From IMG/VR virus record IMGVR_UViG_3300010352_001127: a stretch of 64,000 nucleotides of DNA; one strand, written 5' to 3'. The notes beneath the pieces are model-generated. The model was not told the DNA's origin. It worked only from the letters and a program-made list of their open reading frames with translations, and searched no databases. The stretch is from a virus (lineage: Duplodnaviria; Heunggongvirae; Uroviricota; Caudoviricetes). Made by a program: the position numbers and the translations under genes. Positions 36,656 through 46,112 of the stretch are shown here, piece after piece (position 1 is the stretch's first letter; each line of letters begins with the position of its first letter).

Positions 36656-37597
36656 TTATTTGTTGTTAATGAATAACTTACTCAATGATTTATGATTTAC
36701 TATGTTGCGAATAGCTCTTGATAAAAGAGTTGATGCAGAAACCACCGTAATCTTACTGCTATTCTCTTTTAACGGAACGGTATCTGTTACAACTAGCTCG
36801 GTTAAAGCTGATTTATTTACGTTATCATAAGCGTCTCCACTTAAAATAGGATGAGTAACAACCGCTCTTACGCTGTTTGCTCCTCTTTCCATCATCAATT
36901 TGGCTGATCTACAGAGAGTTCCACCTGTATCTATAATATCATCAACAATCACAACATCCTTGCCTTTGACATCACCTATGAGAATCATTTCATCTATTTT
37001 ATTTTCTTTTGGTCTGTGTTTGTAACAAAGAACCATTTCGCATCCAAGACTTTCTGATAAATATTTTGCCTTTTTTGTTCCACCAGTATCAGGAGCTGCT
37101 ACTACAAGATTTTGAAGACCCAATTCTTTTAGATAAGGAACAAACATATAAGAAGCTAGGAGCATATCTACAGGAATGTTGAAGAATCCACCAATTTGAT
37201 CGGCGTGAAGGTCAATAGTAACGATTCTAGTCGCGCCGGCGGTTTCTAAAAAGTTGGCAACTAATTTAGCTCCAATGCCGCATCTTGGTTTATCTTTTCT
37301 ATCCTGTCTTCCATAACCGAAGTATGGAACAACAGCAATGATTCTTGCAGCGGACGCTTTCTTTGCAGCATCAATCATCTGGAACAACTCCCAATAATTA
37401 TCAATAGGAGCATATCCCGACTGAATGATGAACACTGAACGTCCTCTAATATTTTCTTTGAAAACTGGTTGGAATTCGCCGTCAGAAAACTTTGTAAGTT
37501 CTACCTGACCCAATCCCATTTTAAGATTTTTGGCTACATTTTCAGCAAGCGCTTTACTAGCTGAGCCAGCGAAGATCTTTACTTCACTTTTATCCAT
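36656..37597 (-). CDS. prs: Ribose-phosphate pyrophosphokinase (PRPP synthetase)
   Basis: VPYFGYGRQDRK, DLHADQIGGFFNIPVD and VVDDIIDTGGTLCRSA motifs; 313 aa. Confidence 0.85.
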   Translation of the reverse strand: MDKSEVKIFAGSASKALAENVAKNLKMGLGQVELTKFSDGEFQPVFKENIRGRSVFIIQSGYAPIDNYWELFQMIDAAKKASAARIIAVVPYFGYGRQDRKDKPRCGIGAKLVANFLETAGATRIVTIDLHADQIGGFFNIPVDMLLASYMFVPYLKELGLQNLVVAAPDTGGTKKAKYLSESLGCEMVLCYKHRPKENKIDEMILIGDVKGKDVVIVDDIIDTGGTLCRSAKLMMERGANSVRAVVTHPILSGDAYDNVNKSALTELVVTDTVPLKENSSKITVVSASTLLSRAIRNIVNHKSLSKLFINNK

Positions 37598-37700
37598 AAT
37601 GAGTTTTTTTGAGTTATATTAAAAAAACGTATTCTTGTTTTCTTTTACAAAATTAAAAAATATTTCATTAAATAAAAAATTTAATTAAGCTTATATTATT

Positions 37701-37714
37701 TTAATATATAAATA
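37701..37714 (+). promoter_or_regulatory. Promoter-like box TTAATATATAAATA (contains the exact T4 late consensus TATAAATA) upstream of 37732..38880
   Basis: Motif family member, 18 nt upstream of the ATG. Confidence 0.5.
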
Positions 37715-37731
37715 GAAACAACATTTCATCA

Positions 37732-38880
37732 ATGGGACAAGTTGAAACATTAATAAAAAACATAGATTCATTAACAGCTACTATTTACAAATTAAAAGAA
37801 AAGACTTTTCTAACTCCTTCTATTCCACAAATAGATATTACTAGTATGGTTATGACTCCGCGTCAAATAGCAAAAAGAGTTTTATTAGTTGGAAGTGGTG
37901 TTGTGAACACATCGGGTCAAATTGTTGAAACACTAACGTCAACGGGAATATATACCGCGCAATCATTGGGGGCTGATACAACTTTAGCCCAAGAGGCTTT
38001 GAACTCACCCGAGGCTCTTACAGCACTAACAGCGATTAAAATATCAGGTATGGTCACGACAGAAGAAGAAGCTCATTTGATAGTCTATGGAAAAATAATG
38101 AGAGACGCCAACGGAAAAATAATAGACAATGAAAAATTATATCCCGAATGTGTTGATGATCGTTTAGGAATGCCTAAAATTCATCCAACATTGACCGAAG
38201 TTAAAAAATATGTAACTTTAGCCACAAAAGCCGTTAAAATGATAGGAATTAAAGAACAGGATTTATTAGATGATATAATGCAAGCTGCAATTTCAATACC
38301 GGCAAACATAACAGCGATGGTTTCTGCGACAGCTATAATGCCACCGGGCTCAGGTCTTCCAGTCGCTTTCGCGGCTTTTCAATCTATGGTCGCTACAATA
38401 ATGGGGTTAACGTCTAAAATAGCCGACATTACAGGAATATTACCAGACCTAGAATATGTTCCTTTAATACTACCGAAAGAAATGGTTGATGCCGTACTTA
38501 TTCCAGTAAATGCTATTCTTACAGCATTGATTACTGTTATGGGTACAATAGAAGGTATAACGAGTCTTATTCCAAGCACGTCATCATTATCGTCAATGTC
38601 TGGTGGAGCCGTAATACCCCCAGCGGCTTATGTTGGCGGAACAGTCACTGGGACAGTTAAAAGAAGTTCGGATAATGTTTCTATACCTAACGCTACTGTA
38701 ACTGTTGGAAATAAACCAGAAGTAAAGACAGACGCAGCTGGAAAATATACAGTTGAAAAAGTAGATACAGGAAAACAAAATATAACAGTATATCACGCCT
38801 CTTTCCAAGGATATACTAGTTCGGTGGATGTTCAAAACGATCAAACAATAACAGTAGATGTTCTGTTACTTCCTTTATGA
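37732..38880 (+). CDS. Putative virion/surface protein with a C-terminal carboxypeptidase-regulatory-like (transthyretin-fold) beta-sandwich domain
   Basis: C-terminal GGTVTGTVKRSSDNVSIPNATVTVGNKPEVKTDAAGKYTVEKVDTGKQNITVYHASFQGYTS. A TATAAATA box at 37707-37714 is 18 nt upstream. Confidence 0.4.
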   Translation: MGQVETLIKNIDSLTATIYKLKEKTFLTPSIPQIDITSMVMTPRQIAKRVLLVGSGVVNTSGQIVETLTSTGIYTAQSLGADTTLAQEALNSPEALTALTAIKISGMVTTEEEAHLIVYGKIMRDANGKIIDNEKLYPECVDDRLGMPKIHPTLTEVKKYVTLATKAVKMIGIKEQDLLDDIMQAAISIPANITAMVSATAIMPPGSGLPVAFAAFQSMVATIMGLTSKIADITGILPDLEYVPLILPKEMVDAVLIPVNAILTALITVMGTIEGITSLIPSTSSLSSMSGGAVIPPAAYVGGTVTGTVKRSSDNVSIPNATVTVGNKPEVKTDAAGKYTVEKVDTGKQNITVYHASFQGYTSSVDVQNDQTITVDVLLLPL

Positions 38881-38934
38881 AAACAACCAGAAATAGGACC
38901 TCATCAAATTAATTTATATTAATAAAAAAATAAT

Positions 38935-39504
38935 ATGAAATATAATAACGAAGAGGACGAATTTCTAATAAAGAATTATGAAAATAAAGGACTTTCTTGG
39001 TGTTCTAAAGAATTAAATAGAACAAAATATTCAATCAAAAACAGAGCTAAAATTCTTAAATTGAAAGTCGATAGAAGAGTCGCCAATTCGAATTTTACAA
39101 AAGAAGATATAGATTTTTTATGCAATAATTATTCTACTATGGGAACTGAAATCATTTCGGTAAAATTAAATAAATCTAAAAGACAAATTAGAAGGAAAAT
39201 CAATGAATTAAAACTAAGAGTAAACAAAGATTATATTAGTGAAATTCATAGAAAAGTAACGCAAAATTATTGGAATAATTTTGAAAAACCATTTAATAAA
39301 TTTAAAGTCAACCCTGAAAATTTCATGAAACCATCAACACCAGAAGTATCCTATATACTAGGAATTTTATGGGCGGACGGTTTTATTAAAAACAGCGGGA
39401 AAGGAAAGGAGAATTCAGTCGGAATTGAAAATTTAACTGACGATGTACTCGATATTAAATGGATTTTTGATAAAACCGGAATTATCTTTTACTGGAAATT
39501 ATGA
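38935..39504 (+). CDS. LAGLIDADG-like homing endonuclease remnant with two N-terminal Myb/SANT-like HTH repeats (single LAGLIDADG-like motif, C-terminally short)
   Basis: Repeats EDEFLIKNYENKGLSWCSKELNRTKYSIKNRAKILKL / KEDIDFLCNNYSTMGTEIISVKLNKSKRQIRRKINELKL; then SYILGILWADGFIKNSG (cf. LAGLIDADG). Confidence 0.35.
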   Translation: MKYNNEEDEFLIKNYENKGLSWCSKELNRTKYSIKNRAKILKLKVDRRVANSNFTKEDIDFLCNNYSTMGTEIISVKLNKSKRQIRRKINELKLRVNKDYISEIHRKVTQNYWNNFEKPFNKFKVNPENFMKPSTPEVSYILGILWADGFIKNSGKGKENSVGIENLTDDVLDIKWIFDKTGIIFYWKL

Positions 39505-39530
39505 GCAAGATTGGAAATGAAATTTTATAA

Positions 39531-40280
39531 TTATATGTCCATTTTATGAAATTCCGTTTTCACACCTAAACAATCGCAAAAAGTCAATTTGGTTAAATCA
39601 TGAAAATCGTATGTTTTTATTTCAGGTACAGGGTTGTGACCTATTAGCTGATGATAACCAGGTAAAGGCTTTGTATAGATTTCTTGTTTACCAGCCCAAA
39701 GTGGTCCTCCAACTTTATCATGTCCTCCGCGTAAATGACCTACCATAAAAATAGGATCATAATTAAATTCAAACATCAAATTTAAAATATCAGCGATGTT
39801 CTTACAATCATCTAAATATGGAGTAAAACGATTGTTAGTTTTTCTGTCTAAAACAGGTTGAACAAAATATTGCCACCAACCACGATGAATTCCAGCGTGA
39901 GTCCAGATATTATATCCTTCTTGATAAGCTAACTGAAATAAATTACGATTTTCACGAAATAATTCATTTAAGTCGTGATACATCTCGGGGCGAAATCCGC
40001 TAATATTTTCATTTCTTACATAAGCTATTTCATGATTTCCCCACAGCAAAACAACATTATCTGGATAATCTTTTTTTAATTGAATGATTTCCAATAAATT
40101 ATCTAAAATTTGATCGTTTGTTCTCTCATAAGCATCAACATAATCACCCAAGAAAACAACTTTATCTATAGCCATTCCTAGACGGCAATACATGATTTCA
40201 TCAGTATCTTCATTGATACGATAAACCGCGTTTTTCCATCTATCGCGACCATGAACGTCACCTATTGTAACAATTCGCAT
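39531..40280 (-). CDS. Calcineurin-like metallophosphoesterase (Ser/Thr phosphatase-like)
   Basis: GDVHG…GDYVD…GNHE motif series. Confidence 0.7.
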   Translation of the reverse strand: MRIVTIGDVHGRDRWKNAVYRINEDTDEIMYCRLGMAIDKVVFLGDYVDAYERTNDQILDNLLEIIQLKKDYPDNVVLLWGNHEIAYVRNENISGFRPEMYHDLNELFRENRNLFQLAYQEGYNIWTHAGIHRGWWQYFVQPVLDRKTNNRFTPYLDDCKNIADILNLMFEFNYDPIFMVGHLRGGHDKVGGPLWAGKQEIYTKPLPGYHQLIGHNPVPEIKTYDFHDLTKLTFCDCLGVKTEFHKMDI

Positions 40281-40329
40281 ATTATTAGAGATTTAAGCAA
40301 ATTTAAGAAAAATATTGAAATCTAAAAAA

Positions 40330-41385
40330 TTATTCTTGTTTTATTTCCACTTCTTTAGATTCAGCTTTAGTTTTTTCTTCGTCTTCTCTTTCTGTAACAT
40401 ATTTTCTGGGGCATTCTGCATGATAGGTATTATTCCATTGATAATTTCTATAAGGCTGTGGTAATCTTGTATAGTTGTCTGTTAATAAATTATGCTCGAA
40501 ATTAACATACATCGAATCAAACGGACAATAATTCAGGAATCTGGTTTCTAATGATATTAAGAGGGTAGAGTAGTTTGGAGCGGTTGATTTTTCAATAGCG
40601 TTATATTTATTTCTTAAATATTCTCTTATCATAATATCATATTTTCCCCCCACTCCATAAGCATTACCCCACACTGTATGAACTTCGCCCTTTTTCCAAT
40701 CTCCAACGGTTTCTACTTGTGGACCTTGTTGGAACGATCTACGTGCTACTATAACATCATTATCCCAAACAACAGCGACTCCACAATTATCTGGATTTTT
40801 TGTATAAATGTGAAATTGTGCTAAAGTTGGTTCTGGATAATTTCCAAACGCATTCTCGGCTTGTTTGAAATTAGCACAACTATAACCAAAATTTTTTATA
40901 AGTTCGTTGTTGTAATTGTAACCTCTGAGAAGTTCTTCGCCTCTATATTCTACAACTCGAGCGGATTTGTTTTTTATTTCAATGTTCCATTTATTTATAA
41001 AAGACTCTAAATCAACTGGTTTAATATAACTGTTTAAATAAGCTTCATTATACACTTCACGTAAAACTTTTGTTGATTTCATTTTAACTCTGCGCGGTGA
41101 TGTCCATAAATTTCCTTCGCTGAAAAAACGCGGTTTAATAAAAGAGATATTTCCTTCAGCGTCAACATCAAAATAATCTGGAGGTTCTTTTGTTGAATAT
41201 TTTCTTTCAATACCTTCTTTTAATCTCAAATAAAATTCAGCCACTTTATATTCGTTTTTCATTGGCATTAAAATTTTCAAAAGTTTATTGGATATTTGAA
41301 AGAATATCTTTTCATCTGGATCTTTTGGAGGAAGATCAGATTGAATTTGCTCATTAAGAAAATCTAAATAGTGTTTTATTATCAT
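40330..41385 (-). CDS. Family-X paralog E (divergent subfamily: YSCANF…KNPDNCGV…GRRSFQQG…YCPFDSM)
   Basis: Co-linear with 41404.. (about 55% identity by eye) and more distantly with A-D (R…SC, NPD, GR, YP.D.M blocks). Confidence 0.5.
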   Translation of the reverse strand: MIIKHYLDFLNEQIQSDLPPKDPDEKIFFQISNKLLKILMPMKNEYKVAEFYLRLKEGIERKYSTKEPPDYFDVDAEGNISFIKPRFFSEGNLWTSPRRVKMKSTKVLREVYNEAYLNSYIKPVDLESFINKWNIEIKNKSARVVEYRGEELLRGYNYNNELIKNFGYSCANFKQAENAFGNYPEPTLAQFHIYTKNPDNCGVAVVWDNDVIVARRSFQQGPQVETVGDWKKGEVHTVWGNAYGVGGKYDIMIREYLRNKYNAIEKSTAPNYSTLLISLETRFLNYCPFDSMYVNFEHNLLTDNYTRLPQPYRNYQWNNTYHAECPRKYVTEREDEEKTKAESKEVEIKQE

Positions 41386-41403
41386 TTCATTATTATTGTT
41401 TTT

Positions 41404-42432
41404 TTACCCCATACTTAATCCTCTTGTAAAATAATATGGATCTCTTTCAAAATTTAAATCTGGTTCTGGTTTTGGTTCGTTTAGATGTTTTTCTTCTTCT
41501 ATTCTTTTTTTAACAAGTTTTGTAGGACAACTTGCTCCATAAGCTCTTGTCCATTTATGATTTCCTCCTCCACCATCGGATAATAAATTATCTTCAAAAC
41601 ACACTTCCATTCCATCGAAAGGAGGGTATGTAAGAAATCTGGTTTCAAATTTAATAATAAAAGATCCATCTTTTGTATGCATTCCATTGGCGTTGTATTC
41701 TTCCCTTAAATAATCTCTTATCATAACGTCATACACACCACCACATCCATAATGATTTCCATAAACAGTATAATATTGTCCTTTTTTATAATATCCTCTA
41801 TTTTCAACTTGAATTCCTTGTTGATAAGTTCTTCTTCCCATTATTTTTCCTTTATCGACAACTACCACAACTCCACAATTATCTGGATTTTTAACATAAA
41901 CATCATAAATATTGGTGTTTCTACCTTTATACCAATTAGCGCAAGAAAGACCGAAATTAGAAGATAACTCTCCTGTTACACCATAAGCTCTAAGAACATC
42001 TTCACCTCTTAGATCTTCTATGTGAGGTTTGTTATCTTCTTTTCTGTGTAATATCGACCACTTATTTACAAAAGCTTCGATATCAGTTTGCTTTATCTGA
42101 CTATTTATATAAGACTCGTTGTATATGTCGCGTAATATTTTTGAAGCTTTAGATTTTTGTCTTCTTTGTGAAGAAAATTCATTTCCTTTAAATTCTTCAA
42201 AATATCTAGATTTTAAAAAACTTATATTTCCTTCTGTGTCAACATCTAAAAAATCAACTGGATCTGTCACCAAATATTTCCTATCTACTCCTTCTTTCAA
42301 GCTAATAAGAAGCATGGCTACTTTATATTCATCCATCATTTTTGTGAGATCTTTCACTAAATTTTGAGATAAATTAAAGACTCTTCTATCTTCAACTTGC
42401 TCATTTATAAATCTATCAAATCTAGTTATCAT
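41404..42432 (-). CDS. Family-X paralog F (divergent subfamily)
   Basis: LSCANW…KNPDNCGVVVVV…GRRTYQQG…YPPFDGM; C-terminus …ERDPYYF. Confidence 0.5.
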   Translation of the reverse strand: MITRFDRFINEQVEDRRVFNLSQNLVKDLTKMMDEYKVAMLLISLKEGVDRKYLVTDPVDFLDVDTEGNISFLKSRYFEEFKGNEFSSQRRQKSKASKILRDIYNESYINSQIKQTDIEAFVNKWSILHRKEDNKPHIEDLRGEDVLRAYGVTGELSSNFGLSCANWYKGRNTNIYDVYVKNPDNCGVVVVVDKGKIMGRRTYQQGIQVENRGYYKKGQYYTVYGNHYGCGGVYDVMIRDYLREEYNANGMHTKDGSFIIKFETRFLTYPPFDGMEVCFEDNLLSDGGGGNHKWTRAYGASCPTKLVKKRIEEEKHLNEPKPEPDLNFERDPYYFTRGLSMG

Positions 42433-42441
42433 ATTTAATTC

Positions 42442-42681
42442 TTATCTTTTTGCTAGTCCATACAAATATCCATTAACAAAAGTACTGATTATTAATGGAG
42501 ATTCACTTCCCCTGGTCGTAAATACGACTTTTCCCTCAATAGACACACTTCCGTTGGGACCATTCACATTCACGTTAAAACTTGGAACTCTTCTTTGTAT
42601 CAATCTACACATCAGAGTTAAATTTTCAGTGTCTTGTTGAGACCATTCTTCATTTACTTTAAAATCTTCAAAATTTTTCAT
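42442..42681 (-). CDS. Small hypothetical protein; start revised to ATG 42681 (ORF-track start 42726 is GTG and would place the promoter-like box inside the CDS)
   Basis: TATATATATTAAAAAAA box at 42703-42719 lies 22 nt upstream of the ATG at 42681. Confidence 0.35.
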   Translation of the reverse strand: MKNFEDFKVNEEWSQQDTENLTLMCRLIQRRVPSFNVNVNGPNGSVSIEGKVVFTTRGSESPLIISTFVNGYLYGLAKR

Positions 42682-42781
42682 TAGTTCTTTTATTTTCTTA
42701 GTATATATATTAAAAAAATTAAACACATTTTATAAAAGGTAATATAAATAAGAAAATTATGATTTTTATAAAATAATATAT

Positions 42782-42925
42782 ATGAATATGATAAACAAAG
42801 AAAAAATAACTATTTCCTTAGATAAAGAAATTATAGAAAAATTGGAAAAAATATCTGATGAACAATGCGTTAATAAAAGCAAATTCATAAATAAAATATT
42901 AAAAGAACATTTTAAAAAATTATGA
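42782..42925 (+). CDS. Ribbon-helix-helix (CopG/Arc-like) small DNA-binding protein, 47 aa; not in the ORF track; ATGA-coupled to 42922..44574
   Basis: MNMINKEKITISLDKEIIEKLEKISDEQCVNKSKFINKILKEHFKKL: beta-strand KITISL, helix, N-capped second helix. Paralogous to 47562..47702. Confidence 0.45.
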   Translation: MNMINKEKITISLDKEIIEKLEKISDEQCVNKSKFINKILKEHFKKL

Positions 42926-44574
42926 TATTGTCAGAAAAAATTGATATAACGATATCAGCCAATAATAAAAAACATTATTTACAATGGTTTGATGATATCA
43001 AAGTAGGTGATAAGAAACAAGTATCTATCGAAATGATTCCTACGGGAAGTCATAAAATAATTACTTGTAAATGTGATATTTGTGGCGATGAAAAAAATAT
43101 TCCATATCGAGATTACATTAAGAGTTTAAATAATGGTAATATTTTTACATGCAATAAATGTAAAGATTTTAAAGTCAAAAAAACTAATCTGGAAAAATAT
43201 GGAGCAAAAAATTATTATAACAAAGAAAAAAGTAAAAGAACATGTTTAGAAAAATATGGTGTCGAAAACGTTTTTCAAAATGAGGGCATAAAGAAAAGAA
43301 TAAAGGAAAATAATTTGGAAAAATATGGAGTTGAATATACTTCACAAACAGAACATAATAAAAAGAAGTCGAAAGAAACTTGTATAGAGAAATATGGCGT
43401 AGAGCATCATTTAAAAAACAAAGATATTTTAGATAAGCAACATCAAACTAATTTGGAGAGATATGGAGTCGAACACACTTCTCAAAATAAAGAGGTGATG
43501 AAAAAAATAATAGAAAATTCAAAAAAGACAAGAAAAGAAACATTTTTAAATAAATATAAAAATAATCCAAATATTTTAGAAATAGATTACGAGAATAAAA
43601 TTTTTAAAATGACATGTAACAAAGGTCATGTCTTTGAAATAAATTTTGGTCTATTTCATAATAGAAAAGTCTTGAAAAACGAATTTTGTGTCGTTTGTAA
43701 TCCAATAGATTCATCAACGAGTGATCTAGAAAATCAATTATTAAAATTCATCGGAGAAAATTATAATGGAACAATTAAAAAAAATAAAAAAATTCTAGAA
43801 GATTTCGAAATAGATATTTATCTGCCAGATTTAAAACTTGGATTTGAATTTAACGGATTATACTGGCATAGCGAATTGTTCAAAGATAAAAAATATCATC
43901 TAAATAAAACCGAAGAATCTGAAAGAAACGGAATAAAATTGATTCACATTTATGAGGACGACTGGTTATATAAACAAGAAATAGTAAAATCTAGAATATT
44001 AAATCTTTTGGGCAAATCCGAAAAAATTCACGCTAGAAAATGTGAAATTAAAGAAATAGAAAACAATGATTTGATTAGAGAATTTCTCAATAAGAATCAT
44101 TTACAAGGATTCGTTGGGTCAAAAGTAAAAATAGGACTATTTTATAACGATGAGTTAGTTTCTTTGATGACGTTTGGTGCTCTTAGAAAATCCTTGGGAC
44201 AATCAAAAGTAAAAGATGTTTATGAAATGATAAGATTTTGTAATAAATTAAATACCAATGTAATAGGAGGGGCTGGTCGCATGTTTAAATATTTTATAGA
44301 AAAATATAATCCCAAAGAAATTATAAGTTATGCAGATAGAAGTTGGTCATCCGGTGGTTTATATGAGAAACTAGAATTTAAATTGGTGCATAAAACGAGG
44401 CCAAATTATTATTATTTTAAAAATAAAAACAAATATCATAGATTTAACTTTAGAAAAGATATTTTAATAAAAAACGGAGCTGATCCAAATAAAACAGAGT
44501 ACGATATAATTGTTGAGAAAGGATATTATAGAATATATGACTCTGGAAATCTAAAATTTATCTGGACATCTTAA
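42922..44574 (+). CDS. Homing-endonuclease-like protein: N-terminal Zn-ribbon, five tandem ~30-aa (L)EKYGVE..SQ..KKK..ET repeats (NUMOD3-like DNA-binding modules), C-terminal Vsr/DUF559-like PD-(D/E)XK nuclease domain
   Basis: Repeats LEKYGAKNYYNKEKSKRTC / LEKYGVENVFQNEGIKKRIKENN / LEKYGVEYTSQTEHNKKKSKETC / IEKYGVEHHLKNKDILDKQHQTN / LERYGVEHTSQNKEVMKK. Nuclease block IDIYLPDLKLGFEFNGLYWHSE…ERNGIKLIHIYEDDW. Confidence 0.5.
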   Translation: MILSEKIDITISANNKKHYLQWFDDIKVGDKKQVSIEMIPTGSHKIITCKCDICGDEKNIPYRDYIKSLNNGNIFTCNKCKDFKVKKTNLEKYGAKNYYNKEKSKRTCLEKYGVENVFQNEGIKKRIKENNLEKYGVEYTSQTEHNKKKSKETCIEKYGVEHHLKNKDILDKQHQTNLERYGVEHTSQNKEVMKKIIENSKKTRKETFLNKYKNNPNILEIDYENKIFKMTCNKGHVFEINFGLFHNRKVLKNEFCVVCNPIDSSTSDLENQLLKFIGENYNGTIKKNKKILEDFEIDIYLPDLKLGFEFNGLYWHSELFKDKKYHLNKTEESERNGIKLIHIYEDDWLYKQEIVKSRILNLLGKSEKIHARKCEIKEIENNDLIREFLNKNHLQGFVGSKVKIGLFYNDELVSLMTFGALRKSLGQSKVKDVYEMIRFCNKLNTNVIGGAGRMFKYFIEKYNPKEIISYADRSWSSGGLYEKLEFKLVHKTRPNYYYFKNKNKYHRFNFRKDILIKNGADPNKTEYDIIVEKGYYRIYDSGNLKFIWTS

Positions 44575-45319
44575 ACCAAGATACGGTGCTTTGTTCCTTT
44601 ATATAAGTTTTTACTTCTTCTACCATTTCTTTTCCTTGTGTGATAATATCATTAGCGTTATAAGTAAAGTTACCTGGCATGTTGAAATTAAAACGACCAA
44701 TCAATTCGCCCATTCTGCTTCTACACATTCCAATAACAAATCTTTTAAACATTTCAAAATCAAATAATTCTTCTTCTTGAATTCTTACCCAGCATTCCAA
44801 CATTAAATTGGATTGATCTTTAATTTCTGATAAAAAGTGCAATCTTTTGTTTATGTGATTGTAGTTATGAGCTATGGTGTTTTTTGTAAGTTTATTAATT
44901 TCATCAGCAAAATAACTAATAGTAGATCTATAAAGCGCCAAATCACCAGCTGTAGTTACAAAAGAAGTCAAGAATGGTTGATTGGTTACACCAAGATTGA
45001 TGGATAGATTTGGCGCTTGAATACCTAATCTGAACAAAGATGTATCTTCCATTTTCACTATCTTTGTTATATTTTCAACTTCCTCGGGTAATTGAAAATA
45101 TTGAAACATCGCATATGTTTCTCTCGCCAGTTTGTCATATTTTAGAAAATAATAAAATTTTTGAACTGCGTATTGATAATTCTTATAAAACCACTCCAGA
45201 GCAATTTCTTTAATAACACGTCTAACTTCTTGATCGGGAAGAACTTTTGGAAGTGATCCAGAGAATGTTAAATCCTGTTGTACAATATCTATTAACTGCT
45301 CAAATGTTATTGAAGCCAT
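44558..45319 (-). CDS. Hypothetical protein (possible structural/assembly protein)
   Basis: ORF with promoter-like box TCTATATATTAATT at 45338-45350. Confidence 0.4.
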   Translation of the reverse strand: MASITFEQLIDIVQQDLTFSGSLPKVLPDQEVRRVIKEIALEWFYKNYQYAVQKFYYFLKYDKLARETYAMFQYFQLPEEVENITKIVKMEDTSLFRLGIQAPNLSINLGVTNQPFLTSFVTTAGDLALYRSTISYFADEINKLTKNTIAHNYNHINKRLHFLSEIKDQSNLMLECWVRIQEEELFDFEMFKRFVIGMCRSRMGELIGRFNFNMPGNFTYNANDIITQGKEMVEEVKTYIKEQSTVSWFKMSR

Positions 45320-45344
45320 GTAATAATGTCTTTTTTTCTATATA

Positions 45345-45788
45345 TTAATTTTTATTATCTAAATATTTTTTAATTACAAAATCAAATAAATCTTTGTGTT
45401 TATTAAAATAATCATGTATTGGAATTAATAGAATATCTAGAACAATACGATATATATTGTCATCGTCTATTTTTTTAATGTTACCTTTTTTTATATTATA
45501 AGAAGGTCTGAATTCGAAATCCGATATCATATCCCACTCTCCGATTGTTCCAAAATAAACATATTCATTATCTCGTATTTTTAAATAAATTTCAAAAGAT
45601 GCTGATGTTAGAACAATTCGCGTTTTAGAAGTTTTTTTTACATATAAAGAGTTATCTAATTCTTTAAAATCAATTTCATCCCAGTCTTCCTCGCCATAAG
45701 GATCTAATGGATTATATGCGATAATTCGTTTTTTATTTCCAATAAATTTCAATTCTTCTGATATAACAAATTCTTCAAAAGTTACCAT
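45345..45788 (-). CDS. Hypothetical protein with an N-terminal DPYGEEDW motif
   Basis: …AYNPLDPYGEEDWDEIDF… (motif 45681-45704). Confidence 0.45.
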   Translation of the reverse strand: MVTFEEFVISEELKFIGNKKRIIAYNPLDPYGEEDWDEIDFKELDNSLYVKKTSKTRIVLTSASFEIYLKIRDNEYVYFGTIGEWDMISDFEFRPSYNIKKGNIKKIDDDNIYRIVLDILLIPIHDYFNKHKDLFDFVIKKYLDNKN

Positions 45789-45804
45789 TTCTTCTAATTT
45801 GCCT

Positions 45805-46053
45805 TTATTCCACCATCTTATTTTGGGAGTAAAAAATTCTTTTTTTTAATTCAAAATGACCGAGAGTCATTCTCATGTCTTTTTGTACATCATTTTCAAA
45901 TTTTATCGTAGCAATATGTCCACCTGGACGAATTTTTACTATTTCCCCTATTCCAGGATCATCTTGATATCCTACAAGACCCGTGTATCTTACAATATCC
46001 CCAACTTGTAATAAATCGACATTATCTACTGTTATTCTAATCCATCTTTTCAT
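45805..46053 (-). CDS. Small hypothetical protein (ATG at 46053; the ORF-track start at 46056 is TTG)
   Basis: Promoter-like box CTTTATATATTAAA at 46057-46070. Confidence 0.35.
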   Translation of the reverse strand: MKRWIRITVDNVDLLQVGDIVRYTGLVGYQDDPGIGEIVKIRPGGHIATIKFENDVQKDMRMTLGHFELKKRIFYSQNKMVE

Positions 46054-46112
46054 CAACTTTATATATTAAATTTTGAAAAATTTTTTTTAATATATAAAAC
46101 TAAAACTCGTAA

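Noticed and set aside
36330-36695. 121-aa plus-strand ORF antisense to ppk2 (and similar antisense ORFs at 3090.., 5163.., 18225.., 25287.., 27461.., 30032.., 50334..)
   Set aside because: They lie embedded antisense in well-supported genes, with AT-rich chance ORFs, no signals and no conservation logic.
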